A DNA stretch of 64,000 nucleotides from Blastocladiella emersonii ATCC 22665 (lineage: Eukaryota > Fungi > Blastocladiomycota), in assembly GCA_025594325.1 (NCBI GenBank), contig JANHCV010000003.1, positions 2,232,001 through 2,296,000 on the forward strand. Direction: 5' to 3'. A program made the position numbers and the translations under genes. Positions 12,018 to 22,289 of the stretch are shown here, one piece after another; position 1 is the stretch's first letter; every line of letters starts with the position of its first letter. Below the pieces are notes generated by a model. It did not search any database and was not told the DNA's origin. It worked only from the letters and a program-made list of their open reading frames with translations.

Positions 12018-13871
12018 CTACGCGGGCGGAGCGGACTCGCGGGCGGGAGCGACCGCGGCTGCAGCGGGAGCTGGTCCGGCGGCGGAAGTCGGTGCCTCGC
12101 TCGGCCGCGGCTCGGATTCACTTGGAGGCGCGGCCACCGAGGACGAGGACGGTGTCCGAGCGACCCGCCGCGGGGCCGAAAAGTACGCGGGCGCGTCCTG
12201 GTCGCCGAGATCCACTTCTGCAGCTGGAGACACCGCACGTGCCTCGCCCTCGGCCGCGGGCGCGACCTCCAACGACGCGGGCGGCGTCTCGACTATCGGC
12301 GCGAGCTGGCTCTCGAGCGGGGCGTCGACGGGCATGTACCGCGGGAGCTCGTCGACGGTATCCTCGCGGCCGGCCGTGACGTGGATGGCGCCGCTCGCGG
12401 TACGGCGGTATCGTGCGCGCTCGAGGGGCTCGAGCATGGCGCCCGACACGGGCTGCAGGGCGAGCTCGCGCTGCGTGGTGCGGATCGCGCCCGACATCTT
12501 GCGGTTGAATCCGAGAAAGAACTTGATGATGGGCCGCGAGTACACGGCGATCAGGTAGATGGCGATCAGGACGACGAGGAACAGGACGTTTCCCAAAGGC
12601 AGGGACCGCGACCGCGGGTCGACCGAGATCGGGAACTCGTCGCTGAGGGCGAACCCGGGCGCGCGGTTCGTCCACGACTCGCACCGGCCCGACGCGCACG
12701 AGCCGTACCGGCACCCCGCGATCGTCGTGCACGCGCCGCCCGCCTCGGCCGTCGCCGCGTACACGCCGTTGCTCGGCGACTGCGGCGACACGGCGCAGTA
12801 CACGAGCGCGTACATGTTGGCCGGGTTCAGGATCCGGATCGTCGACCCGAACGTCGCCAGCGCAAACTCGGGCTTCCCCGCGCCGCCGCGCAGCACGTAC
12901 GGCACCGGCGACCGGTCGTCGAGCGCCACGTCCGTCGGCTCCGCGTAGATGGCCTTGGTCGTCGTCGCCGTCGACGTGGCCGCGGCGGCCTGGGCCTCCT
13001 CGAACTCGCGCGGCACCGCCTGCAAGATGTACGCCTTGGTCAGCCGCGTCGTGTTGCCGCGCCGGTTCACGGTGCGGCCCTCTTTCGGGTACCCGAGCAC
13101 GTCGAGCTCCTTGGTGGTGCACGGCATCCCGACCGGCATCGTCGGCACGCAGATCCCGAGCTCGTTGGCCGGCGGATTTGAAAGCGGCTCCCGGCGCCCA
13201 ACCGCCGCGAGGTGCTTGTCGAGCAGCGGGCCGAACACGGCCGGGTCTGCGCCCGGCGGGAGCGACGGCAGGTACGCGCCGACAGCGCGCAGCCGATCCG
13301 AGCGCAGCGGCAGGCAGATGTTGGCCGCGACGCCCGCGAATTCGTCGGGGCACTTGGCGATGGAGCAGTCCTCGAGCGCCGCCACTAACGGGAGAGACAG
13401 TCGCGTCAGTCTCCATCGTATCGCGCGCGGAGAAGAGTACGCACTTTGCTCAACCATGGTCTTGGACAACAGGTCGATCCGCGAGATGGCCGTGATCCCA
13501 ATCTTGGCGCACTCGCGCTGCTGGCACTGCGCGAGCCGCTCGAAGGCGCGGTCCTCGGGGATCGGGCACGGCCGCACCGACTGGTTTGGCAGTCTCGCGT
13601 TCGCCGGCTTCACCTCGCACACGCCGTAGATGGGCAGCCGGTTCTCGGCCACGGGCAGCGCAAACAGCGGCGACGGCGCTGTCAGATCGACGATCAGCCG
13701 CGGGACCTCGGTCGCGGTGGCCGCTGGTGGTGGTGGTTGTTGGAGGGTCGGCGTAGATGAGGTTGTCGGGGCGAGGGTTGGCGTGGTGGCCGACACGGAA
13801 GGCGACGGCGCGGCCGAGGATGACGCCGTGCTGGCCGTGGTCGCGGTGGCGGTAGGGGTCGCGTCCGCCAT
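12018..13871 (-). CDS. Uncharacterised single-pass membrane protein with Cys-rich domain; probable in-frame intron 13385-13444
   Basis: 617-aa ORF with coding-like GC3. Thr/Ser/Pro-rich N-terminus, ~14 Cys, one hydrophobic segment (VLFLVVLIAIYLIAVY) and an acidic tail containing LPRY. GTGCGT...CTGAC...TTAG intron of 60 nt. Confidence 0.7.
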   Translation of the reverse strand: MADATPTATATTASTASSSAAPSPSVSATTPTLAPTTSSTPTLQQPPPPAATATEVPRLIVDLTAPSPLFALPVAENRLPIYGVCEVKPANARLPNQSVRPCPIPEDRAFERLAQCQQRECAKIGITAISRIDLLSKTMVEQSAYSSPRAIRWRLTRLSLPLVAALEDCSIAKCPDEFAGVAANICLPLRSDRLRAVGAYLPSLPPGADPAVFGPLLDKHLAAVGRREPLSNPPANELGICVPTMPVGMPCTTKELDVLGYPKEGRTVNRRGNTTRLTKAYILQAVPREFEEAQAAAATSTATTTKAIYAEPTDVALDDRSPVPYVLRGGAGKPEFALATFGSTIRILNPANMYALVYCAVSPQSPSNGVYAATAEAGGACTTIAGCRYGSCASGRCESWTNRAPGFALSDEFPISVDPRSRSLPLGNVLFLVVLIAIYLIAVYSRPIIKFFLGFNRKMSGAIRTTQRELALQPVSGAMLEPLERARYRRTASGAIHVTAGREDTVDELPRYMPVDAPLESQLAPIVETPPASLEVAPAAEGEARAVSPAAEVDLGDQDAPAYFSAPRRVARTPSSSSVAAPPSESEPRPSEAPTSAAGPAPAAAAVAPARESAPPA

Positions 13872-14154
13872 GGTCTCAGAAGTGCAGCAAGTCGGGGAGG
13901 CGCTTCGCGTCGCGCTCGTCGCAGGCGAGGCTCGCTATGAGGAGCACCAGCTGCCCGATGGGACGAGCTCGACAAGCACCAGGACGGGTCGCGCGCGCGC
14001 GGCGAAGGCGGGTGGCGCACCGTGTGGCGGAACATGGCGGCGCCGCGGCTGACCAAGTCCCTGGCTTCGCCGCCCCTCCCGGCCCGACGCCGGCGCTGGT
14101 GCCGGCGCCGATTGGATCACCGAAGCATCAAGCACAACTAACACTAGCAGCTCC

Positions 14155-14540
14155 GTGGCCGGCCACAGGCCGCCTGTGTGGAAACCCTTCGCGAGGCGAA
14201 ATTCATACACCCTCAGTTCCTTACCACACGCAGTGGGCCCAGTGTCTGACGGCGGATTCCGTGCTCGCAACATGTCTCGTCCATGAAATGACATCGCGTA
14301 CCGCACATAAATCAGCAATGAGTCTGCTGCATGGACGTGTTGCACGCTCGCCCGTGAAATCCGTGAAGGGATTCGACACCTTAGGCGTACGCGGTTGGTC
14401 GCACACTCAGTCTCAGAGACGCGCACACAGTTCCAGCTTGCTTCGAAGTCAGCCCACCAAGCGCATCTCACGGAAAATCAAGCTGGTCCTCTCTGAGAGC
14501 CGGGGGGAGGGAGACCCTCCCCCCTGGACCCCCCCTCCCC
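14155..14540. other. Cluster of short palindromes/hairpins ending in a G/C-rich 10-bp stem-loop
   Basis: GTGGCCGGCCAC 14155-14166; CACAGGC-C-GCCTGTG 14164-14178; TTCGC-GAG-GCGAA 14188-14200; bulged 14-bp stem 14267-14285/14330-14343; GTCTC-A-GAGAC 14410-14420; CTCTC-T-GAGAG 14489-14499; GGGGGGAGGG-AGA-CCCTCCCCCC 14502-14524. Confidence 0.5.
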
Positions 14541-15111
14541 TGTCGCTGCGCGGCCATCGTGAGCTGGACCTGGGTCAAACTGAATCCTGAGCGCGGGACG
14601 ACCCGTGGTGCGGTCGCACGCGGCAGATGAGGTTCGCGCGCACGCCTGGGTTGACGAACGCCGTGCATCTAAGCAGCGGGTCCGCAAGCGGTGACGGGAC
14701 GCGGGATCGGCGGAAATCGGTGCAGTCCCAGGCGCAGTCCCACCACCGCCCTGAGCCGCCGGTTGGTCGCGGTCACGGTGTGCGGTGCAGCAGCGTCCAC
14801 TGCCGTTGCCAAGAGTTACATGTGAGTCCGCCAAGCTTCGACCGGTTCAGGGAGGGAGGGAGAGAGAGGGCCAGGGACGACGTGCTTCGTGCGGGTCCGC
14901 CGCTCGAGGCGAAGGCGAGAGAGCGGGCCGCCTTGCGCACGTGGAGTGACCGGCGCGCGGGCCCGAGATGAGCCGCGTGGCTTGAACGCGCAGGCGGGGA
15001 AAAGGCGGAGTTTTTTCCTGGCTGGCCGCTCACCGCAATGCACTGTGATACCCGTTGTATGAGCAATTAATCAGGTCCGAGCTCCGTTAAGTAAGAGATG
15101 TATTCTACGCG

Positions 15112-17786
15112 CTACGCGCTCGGCCGCCACAGCCCCTCGCGCTCGACGAGCACCCACAGCGGGGACCGCTCGGCCCTGTGCTTGGCCATGACGGCGTCGA
15201 GGTCGGGGTTGCCGTCGTGCTCGTTGGCGCCGCGCACGAGGTACCGGACACACTCGGCGGCCTCCGCGAGGGCCGCCGGGTCCGTGGTCCGCGCCGCGAG
15301 GTCGGCCGCGATCGCCGCGAGCTCGGTGATACACGCCTCGACGTTATCCACGTCCTGCGCCGCGATCTGCCGCGCGAAATCGGCGCGCCAGTCGGACACG
15401 CGGATCAGGGCCGCCTTGGGACCCGACGGCGCGGGCCGTTTCGCGGCGCGGCCGGACTCGTCGTCGCCGTCAAGGGCCGCGGCGGACTGCGAAGCGGCGC
15501 CGCCCAGCGCGATGCGGTCCGAGAGGGTGGACTTGGCCAGCGGGTTGGCGGCCACGCCGACACCGCCCGCGCCGCCCGCCGCGGCAGCGCCCGCGCGCTT
15601 GCGCTTGTTCGAGTCCTTTTCGACCTTGACCGTCGGGAACGCGCGGCCGACCAGGGCCACGACCGCGCGCCGGTCCGGGTGCGCCCACAGGTGCGCGGGC
15701 GGGTCGAGCTGCGCCATGGCCGGGTCCACGTTCGCGGCGACCGCCGCCGCAGGTTGCGACGCGGCGGCGCCCTGGCTCGCAGCAATCTGCGTGGCGGCGG
15801 CAGCGGGGACAGGCGCCGTCGAGTGGCCCGCGACGGGGACGGGCGGGATCACGAGCGGCACGTCGGGGCGCAGGGCGCGGTGCTCGAGGGCGCGGTGGAC
15901 GCGCTGGACGAGCGGGTGGCACACGGCGCGCGGGCGGAGGAGCTCGGCGCCGCGCCGCTCGCCCGCCGCCGTGTAGTGCGGGTTGGTCGACTCGTGCGCG
16001 TGCACGTCGGCGCGGTTGCTGTACCCGGGGTCCGTCTCATCGTTTTCGTCCTCGGCGTCGTCGTCGCTGTCGACCAGCGTCATATTCGCGACGAGGATCG
16101 CCATGGCGCGGCGCTGGTCGGTCGTCGGCACGAACCGCGGCGGCATGAGCTGCGCGCCGGGCCCGCGGCCGGGGAGCCGGTGCGCGCGCTTGGCGCGGGC
16201 CTTGATCTCGGCCATGGGGAGCATCTCCTCGCCGCTGAACGACAGGTATGGGCGGAAGTCGAGCGACATGGTCGACAGGTACCGCACGTCCTGCGTCGTG
16301 GGCAGCTCGACGTGCAGGAGGCCGTACTTGGTGGCGCCGCGGACATGCGGGATCAGGGCGACGAGGACGGGGCCCGATTTCGCATTGTACTTGTACTTGG
16401 CGAGAGCCGCGACGCCGCGCGCGCGCATCGCGCGGACGAGCCCGGCGAGGCGCAGGTCGGCGCCCGGCACCTTCGGGTCGGCCATGACCACGCGCACCGT
16501 CTCCATGTACATTTCGCGGCGGATCGAGCCGACGGGGAGGAACCCGATGACCTCGAACCCCTTGGACTCGTCGGCCACGGGCAGGTCCGTCTCCCACTCG
16601 CCCACGGGCACCACGGCCTTGCCGTACCGGTACGCGTTGATCACGGCCGACTTGTCGAACACGTCGTGCCGCGACGCGTCCAGCTCGCCGTTCTCGTCCA
16701 GCACCTTGTAGTGCGTGTCGCGGCTCACCGTCTTGCCGCTCGCTGCGGCCTCGGCGAGCGCTTCGGCGGTCGGGGCGGGCGCCGACTCCTTGGCCGCGCC
16801 CTGGGTACCAGAGCCGGCAGCGCCGCCGAGGTCGCCGAGATCGTCCCAGTTGTCGAGCTCGCTGCCGCCGGCGCCGCCAGCACCTGCACCCGCACCGGCA
16901 CCACCACCGGCCGGCGCCTCGCTCTCCATGTCGAGCGCAGGATCGCTGACCATTTTCGGGCGTGGCGCCGTGGCGAGCTTGGTTTTGAGGCACATGACGA
17001 CGGGGAACGAGATGGACGTCTCGAGGCTCTGCGGCGGGCCGAGGTACAGCCACGTGGCGCCGTACGGCCGGCTCGTCGCGTGGGCGATGGCGAGCGGGTC
17101 CTCGGGCCGGCGCATGCTGTCCTCGGCGCGGTGCACGGTGCCGCCCGTCTCGTGGGCAATGTAGCGGAGGACGGGTTCCGCGGCGCGGGACGGGTCCGGT
17201 TCCGTGGGCTCGTCCTCGTCCTCGTCGCCGAGACCGAACGCGACCACATCGATCGTCACGTTCTTCTCGATGGCCTGGTTCAGGACCGAGTCGAGCTCGG
17301 GCGACGCGGTGGCGGCAGCGGCCGCGTGCGTGATGACTACGACGCGCTTCGTGTACTTGTAGTGGGCGCAGTGGGTGGAGATCTGGTCGAGCGCCCACAC
17401 GAGGCCGCCCATGACGTCCCCGGTCGGGCGCGACGGCGAAAGGCGGAGCGTGTCGACCTGCGAGAGAAGGGGCACCGAGACGGGCGCCATCTCGTGGGCC
17501 GGGTCCCACAGCTGGTACACGCCGTCGTACCCGGCATACTGGCCCATGCTCCGGTAGTGCGTCAGCTGGCTCCCGATCAGGAAGACGGCGACGTCGTCGT
17601 TGTTTTTGAAGTCGCGCGCCTGTCACTTGGGCGTCAGTATACAGTGGCGAGGGGTCATGGCGGGAAGAGAAGGCGGACCTTGAGCGACAGTAGCGTCATG
17701 AGGATCGAGCGCCCCGCGACCGCGAGGTCGGGCCCCATGGACTGCGACACGTCGAGGACGAAGACGGTGGCAAACTTTTGCGCCAT
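15112..17786 (-). CDS. KU80: Ku80 (NHEJ DNA end-binding subunit, ~871 aa); intron 17620-17678
   Basis: N-terminal vWA start ATVFVLDVSQSM. Ku core motifs AYRYGKAVVPV, KGFEVIGFLPVGSIRREMYM, ALAKYKYN. Helical C-terminal domain (DWRADFARQI...ECVRYL...LWVLVEREGL) resembles the Ku80 CTD rather than the Ku70 SAP domain. Confidence 0.88.
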
Positions 17787-17962
17787 GTGCAGCAAGTCGT
17801 TGAGTGTCCGATCGCCGCCGTCAAGGATGCATGGACGCCGCGCGGCTTCAGTGGGGAGAGCGATCTCGGCGGAGGTGACTCCTCGCTTTCCAACGCGTCG
17901 GCCACATCACGGCGCGCCATCACCCTCATAGCGTACAAGAATGTGTATTCAAGCAACCAAAT

Positions 17963-20750
17963 CTACAACCGCACATACCGCCCGGCCGCCGGCGTCCCGA
18001 CCACGAGCAGCCGCGCGGTCACCCCGGCCTCGGCCTCGAGATCCAGGATGACCGCGACCTCCTCGCCGCCGCCGACGGACCCGTCATCGAGCGCCGCGAC
18101 CACGGCCGCGCCGTCGCCGTCCACCATCTCCGCGGCCACGTACCCAGCGCGCACCGTCGCCTCGTTCCAGCACCGCCCGTACTCGCCCCGCACCAGCGCC
18201 ACGCCCACGCCGAGCCGGTCGCACACGGCCTTAAGCAGCAGCGCGCGGTGGCCTGGCGCCGTCATGGCCGGGAGCGCGGTGGTCGCCGGCAGCACGTTGC
18301 TGCCCGCGGCGCACTTGAGCTCGGCCAGCCGGAACGCGGCTTCGGCGGTCGCGGCCGACGTCAGCGCCCCGAGTCGGCGCGCGATCGCGGTCGCGGCGGC
18401 GGAGAGGAGCGCCGGGACGTATTGCGCGGGGACCGCCGCCGGTGCTGGTTCCGCCGAAGGGGCGTCGCCCGCGACAGCAGCCGGCGGCAGCGGCACCCCA
18501 GCCGCCCTGCGCACCTCGTCGCAGATCTCCCGCACCGCTTGTTCGTCGGGCGCAATCCACACGACCGCCGCGCGTGTATCCAGCGGCGACGCGCGGAGCG
18601 TGTCGAGCGACGGGAACGACGGACCGGTGCCGGACGACGACGATGGCCGGTACGCAGCGCCCGTGTCGTAAAAGTCGGCGCGCGCCGTCGAGTGGTGTGC
18701 GTCGAGCCGCGCGTGCAGCCAGTACCGCGCCGACAAGTGGTGGTCGAGCAGCTTGTCGAGCGCGGTGCGCGCGAGCGGGACCGCGTCCATGAGCGGGAGC
18801 AGGCGCGCGGTCGCGCCGGACTGGCAGAAGTCGGCGGCGATGTCGTCTACGCGGGGAGAAGTCAGTCTACGGTCGAGAGGTGGGGAAGCGCAGAGCGCAC
18901 CTTGGCTGCTGGCCATGGACACGACCGAGCACACGGCATGGACCGACGCGGGCGCGAGCTTCGGCGCGTTATCGAGCAGGGCCATCGTGACCGCAACCCC
19001 GTTCGCCGTGCGGAACGCCGCGCGCGCCGCGGGTTCCTGGAGCAGCCGCGCGAGGGCCGCGAGGACCTCGTCGACCTTGACCCCCGCGGCGCTCTTGGCC
19101 TCGACGACCGAGACAAGCACCGCGACTGCGTCGAGCCTTACGAGTTCCTGGCGACACGGGTCGTCGTCGCTCGCGTTTCCGATACACAGCGCGGCGGGCG
19201 CCGGGTCGTCGAGCGCGCCGGCGAACCGGACCAGGTCGCCGAGCGCCGGGTGCGTGCGCACGCGCAGGCGCAACTTGGCGATGGTGAAACAGTTTGCGAG
19301 CGCGAGCAGGATCGCGTCGCGCACGTCCGCGTCGTTGAGCCGCTGCAGGAGCACGTCGAAGACGGGCGATTTCAGGACCTCGGGCTCGTTCGAGTCGTGC
19401 GGCAGGATGACGTGCAGCGCGAGCGCGGCGGCGGACACGATGGACGGGTCCGGGTGCGACAGCGCCGAGAAGAGGCCCGACAGGCAGCCCGAGTCGCGGA
19501 TCGCAGCTTGGTTCTCGGCTACACAATCCATGGTTTAGTTTGAATACGAGTGGAGCGGGTCCGGATACGCACGTTCACGGCCGAGCACCGCGAGAAAATC
19601 AGTCGCGGCGCGCTTGACCTTGAGGTCCTCCTTGACGAGCAGCTTCGCGACGTGCTCGGCGGCGGGCGTCTCGCGCATGCCGGCGTTCATGGGCTTGTCC
19701 TCGAGGCACGCCGAGAGAGCAGCGAGCACCGCGTGTGCGGCGTTGGCGTGCGACGGGAGCGCGAGCAGCTCGACGAGCCGCTTGTGCACGGCGAGCTTGC
19801 GCATCTCGAGCCGCGCCGCGCTGTCCTGCGCACACCGCGCCAGCGCCGCGAGCGCCAGGTCCTGGATCTCGGGGTACTCGGACGCGCACCCGTCGACGAG
19901 GGACGGGATCGCGCCCAGCGTGCGGATTGCGGTGCGGCACGCGTCTACGCGACGGGCGTGTGGGTTAGGGTGGGATGGGGGATAGGGTGGGCGGGCGAGC
20001 GTACAGTCTTCGAGCAGGACATGGATGGTGGCCGTGGCGGAACGGCGCACGTCGGGGTCGGCCGAGGCCATGAGGGACGCGAGCTGCTTGATGCCGCTCT
20101 GCTTGCGGACCGCGTTCTTGACCGAGTCTACTCCGATCAGCGAGTGTAAGCTTTGGTGGGTGACGAGAGTCCGAGAAAACGTACATTCGCGAGCAATGTG
20201 GGAAAGCGTCGCGCACGCCTCGTCGAGAATTTCGACGGCCTCCTCGGACTGGATCAGCTGGAGCAGGGCCATGACCGTGTCGGCCGCGGCCATGTCCGGC
20301 GTCACTTGCTCTACACGCGGGCCGGGCGTCAGCGACACGCTCATCGCGGTCCGCGAACCAACGTACCAATGTCGGTCACGCATGACAGACACGCGGTGAT
20401 ATGCTTCTTGAGCGCCGTCGACTCGGTCCCGCGGCCGCGGAGGAGCGCGATGAGCTCGGGCACGATGCCCTGCGAGACGAGGTACTGGCGGTGGGTCTTG
20501 CTCTCGGCGCCGTACTTGACGAGGGCCTCGAGGACCGAGCAGCACAGCGCCGTGTCGGGGGTCTTGAGCAGCAACAGGAGCGACTGCGCGTCGGCGACCT
20601 GCAGCGCCACGTTCTCGGCGATCTTGTCTACTGGCGCAGCCTGGGCGGGCGGGGTCGGGGTCGGGGTCGGGGTGGTTAGTAGCTACATCGACGGGGGAGT
20701 TGAGGGCGAGGACCAACCATGGGCGACGCGTGGGCCGCCTTGCCAGTCAT
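17963..20750 (-). CDS. ARMC3: Armadillo-repeat protein ARMC3-like with C-terminal EDR1/CTR1/ARMC3 domain; multi-exon (introns include 20641-20717 and 18847-18900; others near 19.5-20.4 kb not fully resolved)
   Basis: ARM-repeat exons (QSLLLLLKTPD...LEALVKYG; GIKQLASLM; LGAIPSLV; DSGCLSGLFSALS). C-terminal HRALLLKAVCDRLGVGVALVRGEYGRCWNE closely matches my recollection of the human ARMC3 C-terminus. Confidence 0.85.
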
Positions 20751-22289
20751 TGCCGCCGTGGACCCCTCGCCCAAGTGCTCCACGGATGGCATGTAGAGAG
20801 AATGGTGTGGTCACGGTCCGGCAACGATCCGTGTGTGCTGCATGGCATAGAGATGCATGTGGCGGTGGGCGTACCGCGATGGAGGGCGACGCGGCGCTCG
20901 CAGCGGCGGCTGCCGCCTGGGCTGTTGCAGCAGCGGTTGCCATGGTTGTGGAGTGAGAGAGGGGCAGTCGTTGCGTGATGCCATGGGCCCCGACAGGAGT
21001 CGGCGTCGCGGAGGGAGGAGGTTCGAGGTTTGAGGCGGGCGCGACGCGTCCTCGCGTGCGAGACAGCCGCGCGACGCGTCGGCCAATCACGTTGGCGGCG
21101 CCAAAACCCGCGATTTCGGGTGATAAATTGTGCAAGCGGTCGCGGCACGTGGGCGCAGCTCCGTGATTCGCGGGCGGGTTGCGCCACGCTGCCGCGCGCG
21201 CGGTCTCGCTGGTCGCCGCACACGCGCCGGCCGGGTCGACTGGCCTCCCCTCCGCCCCCATCCGGCCGCAACGGTCGACCCGCCTAGAACTGGCCGCAAC
21301 GTATCTGATACCGCCGCGCGCGCACTTTCGAAAAAGCCGCTACGCCACGACTGCGCGCTTGACCGGTCCCCGCTGCACGCACGCACGCACGCACGCACCA
21401 CGCGCTTACGTCGCTGCGCCGGCTGTCCCTGCTCCATTGGCACCGGCAGCGCCGCCTATCGCTGCTGAAGCGCTCCATCGTATGTCAAGCTCGCTTCTCG
21501 GCCGGGGATCCCATCGCGCACTGGGGTCCAGCGGCAGCCCGAGCCACCATGGATCAGTGCGTGCTTGCATGGAGACCCTCGCGCTTGCTCGAGGATCCCC
21601 CGCCCGCGTCGTCCATGGTGTCGGGATTTTCGCAACTGACCCGGCCTCGATCCGTGCAGCTAGGTCGCTGCCATCAGTCAGCGCGTCGCCATCGCCCTCG
21701 TTCCTGCGCGCCGGCCCGCCGCCCGAGCCGTTGTTCGAATCACGCCGTTGCCATCGCACGCGCGCGCCGTGATCCACCTGGTCGCCGCTGCGTTGCTCCT
21801 GCTGTTGCACGCGTGCGCTCGCCGAGCCGAGCACCGCGCCGGTACGCGTCACTCTTTGGTCGGCGCCATGCCGCCGTCTGGTGGATGTGGTGGTGGTCGG
21901 GCGCTGGCGCTGCTGGTGTTCGAGGGAGGACGCCCACGCCACCCACCGCTGCGACGCCGCCACTCGCTCGCCGCCCCGGCGCCCTGGCCTATTCTAACGC
22001 CCGCTCTCTTTCATGCTCCCTCTCCCGCTCGTTCGTTCGTGTTTGCCTTGGATTCTCGCCTGCCGCGCTCGCTCCGACTCGCTGCATCGCGACCGCCCCG
22101 CAGCCCACGGACCGTGCCCCTGATCGCGACGCTCTCAGCAAAGCCACCGCCTCTTCGCCTTCGCCCTTGCCCTCGCCCTCGTCGCTTCTGATCCAGGTCT
22201 GCCCTCTCGATGCTCAGCCACCCTTGCAACCGTCTCTAACGATCTCGCGCATTGTAGCCTCCGCCGCTGACCCTCTACCCGTCGTCGAC

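Noticed and set aside
20643-20675. (GGGGTC)n G-quadruplex-like run
   Set aside because: Lies in ARMC3 intron 1 as the C-rich tract between branch point and acceptor on the minus strand; no evidence of a separate role.
21490-21505. TCGCTTCTCGGCC, resembling the 5' end of U2 snRNA
   Set aside because: Similarity ends after ~13 nt; no GTAGTA branch-recognition region or Sm site follows.
21549-22289. 247-codon in-frame extension upstream of the CDC24 ATG
   Set aside because: UTR-like composition (RRP/PSP-rich, CT-rich tracts) without coding codon bias; likely a chance open frame.
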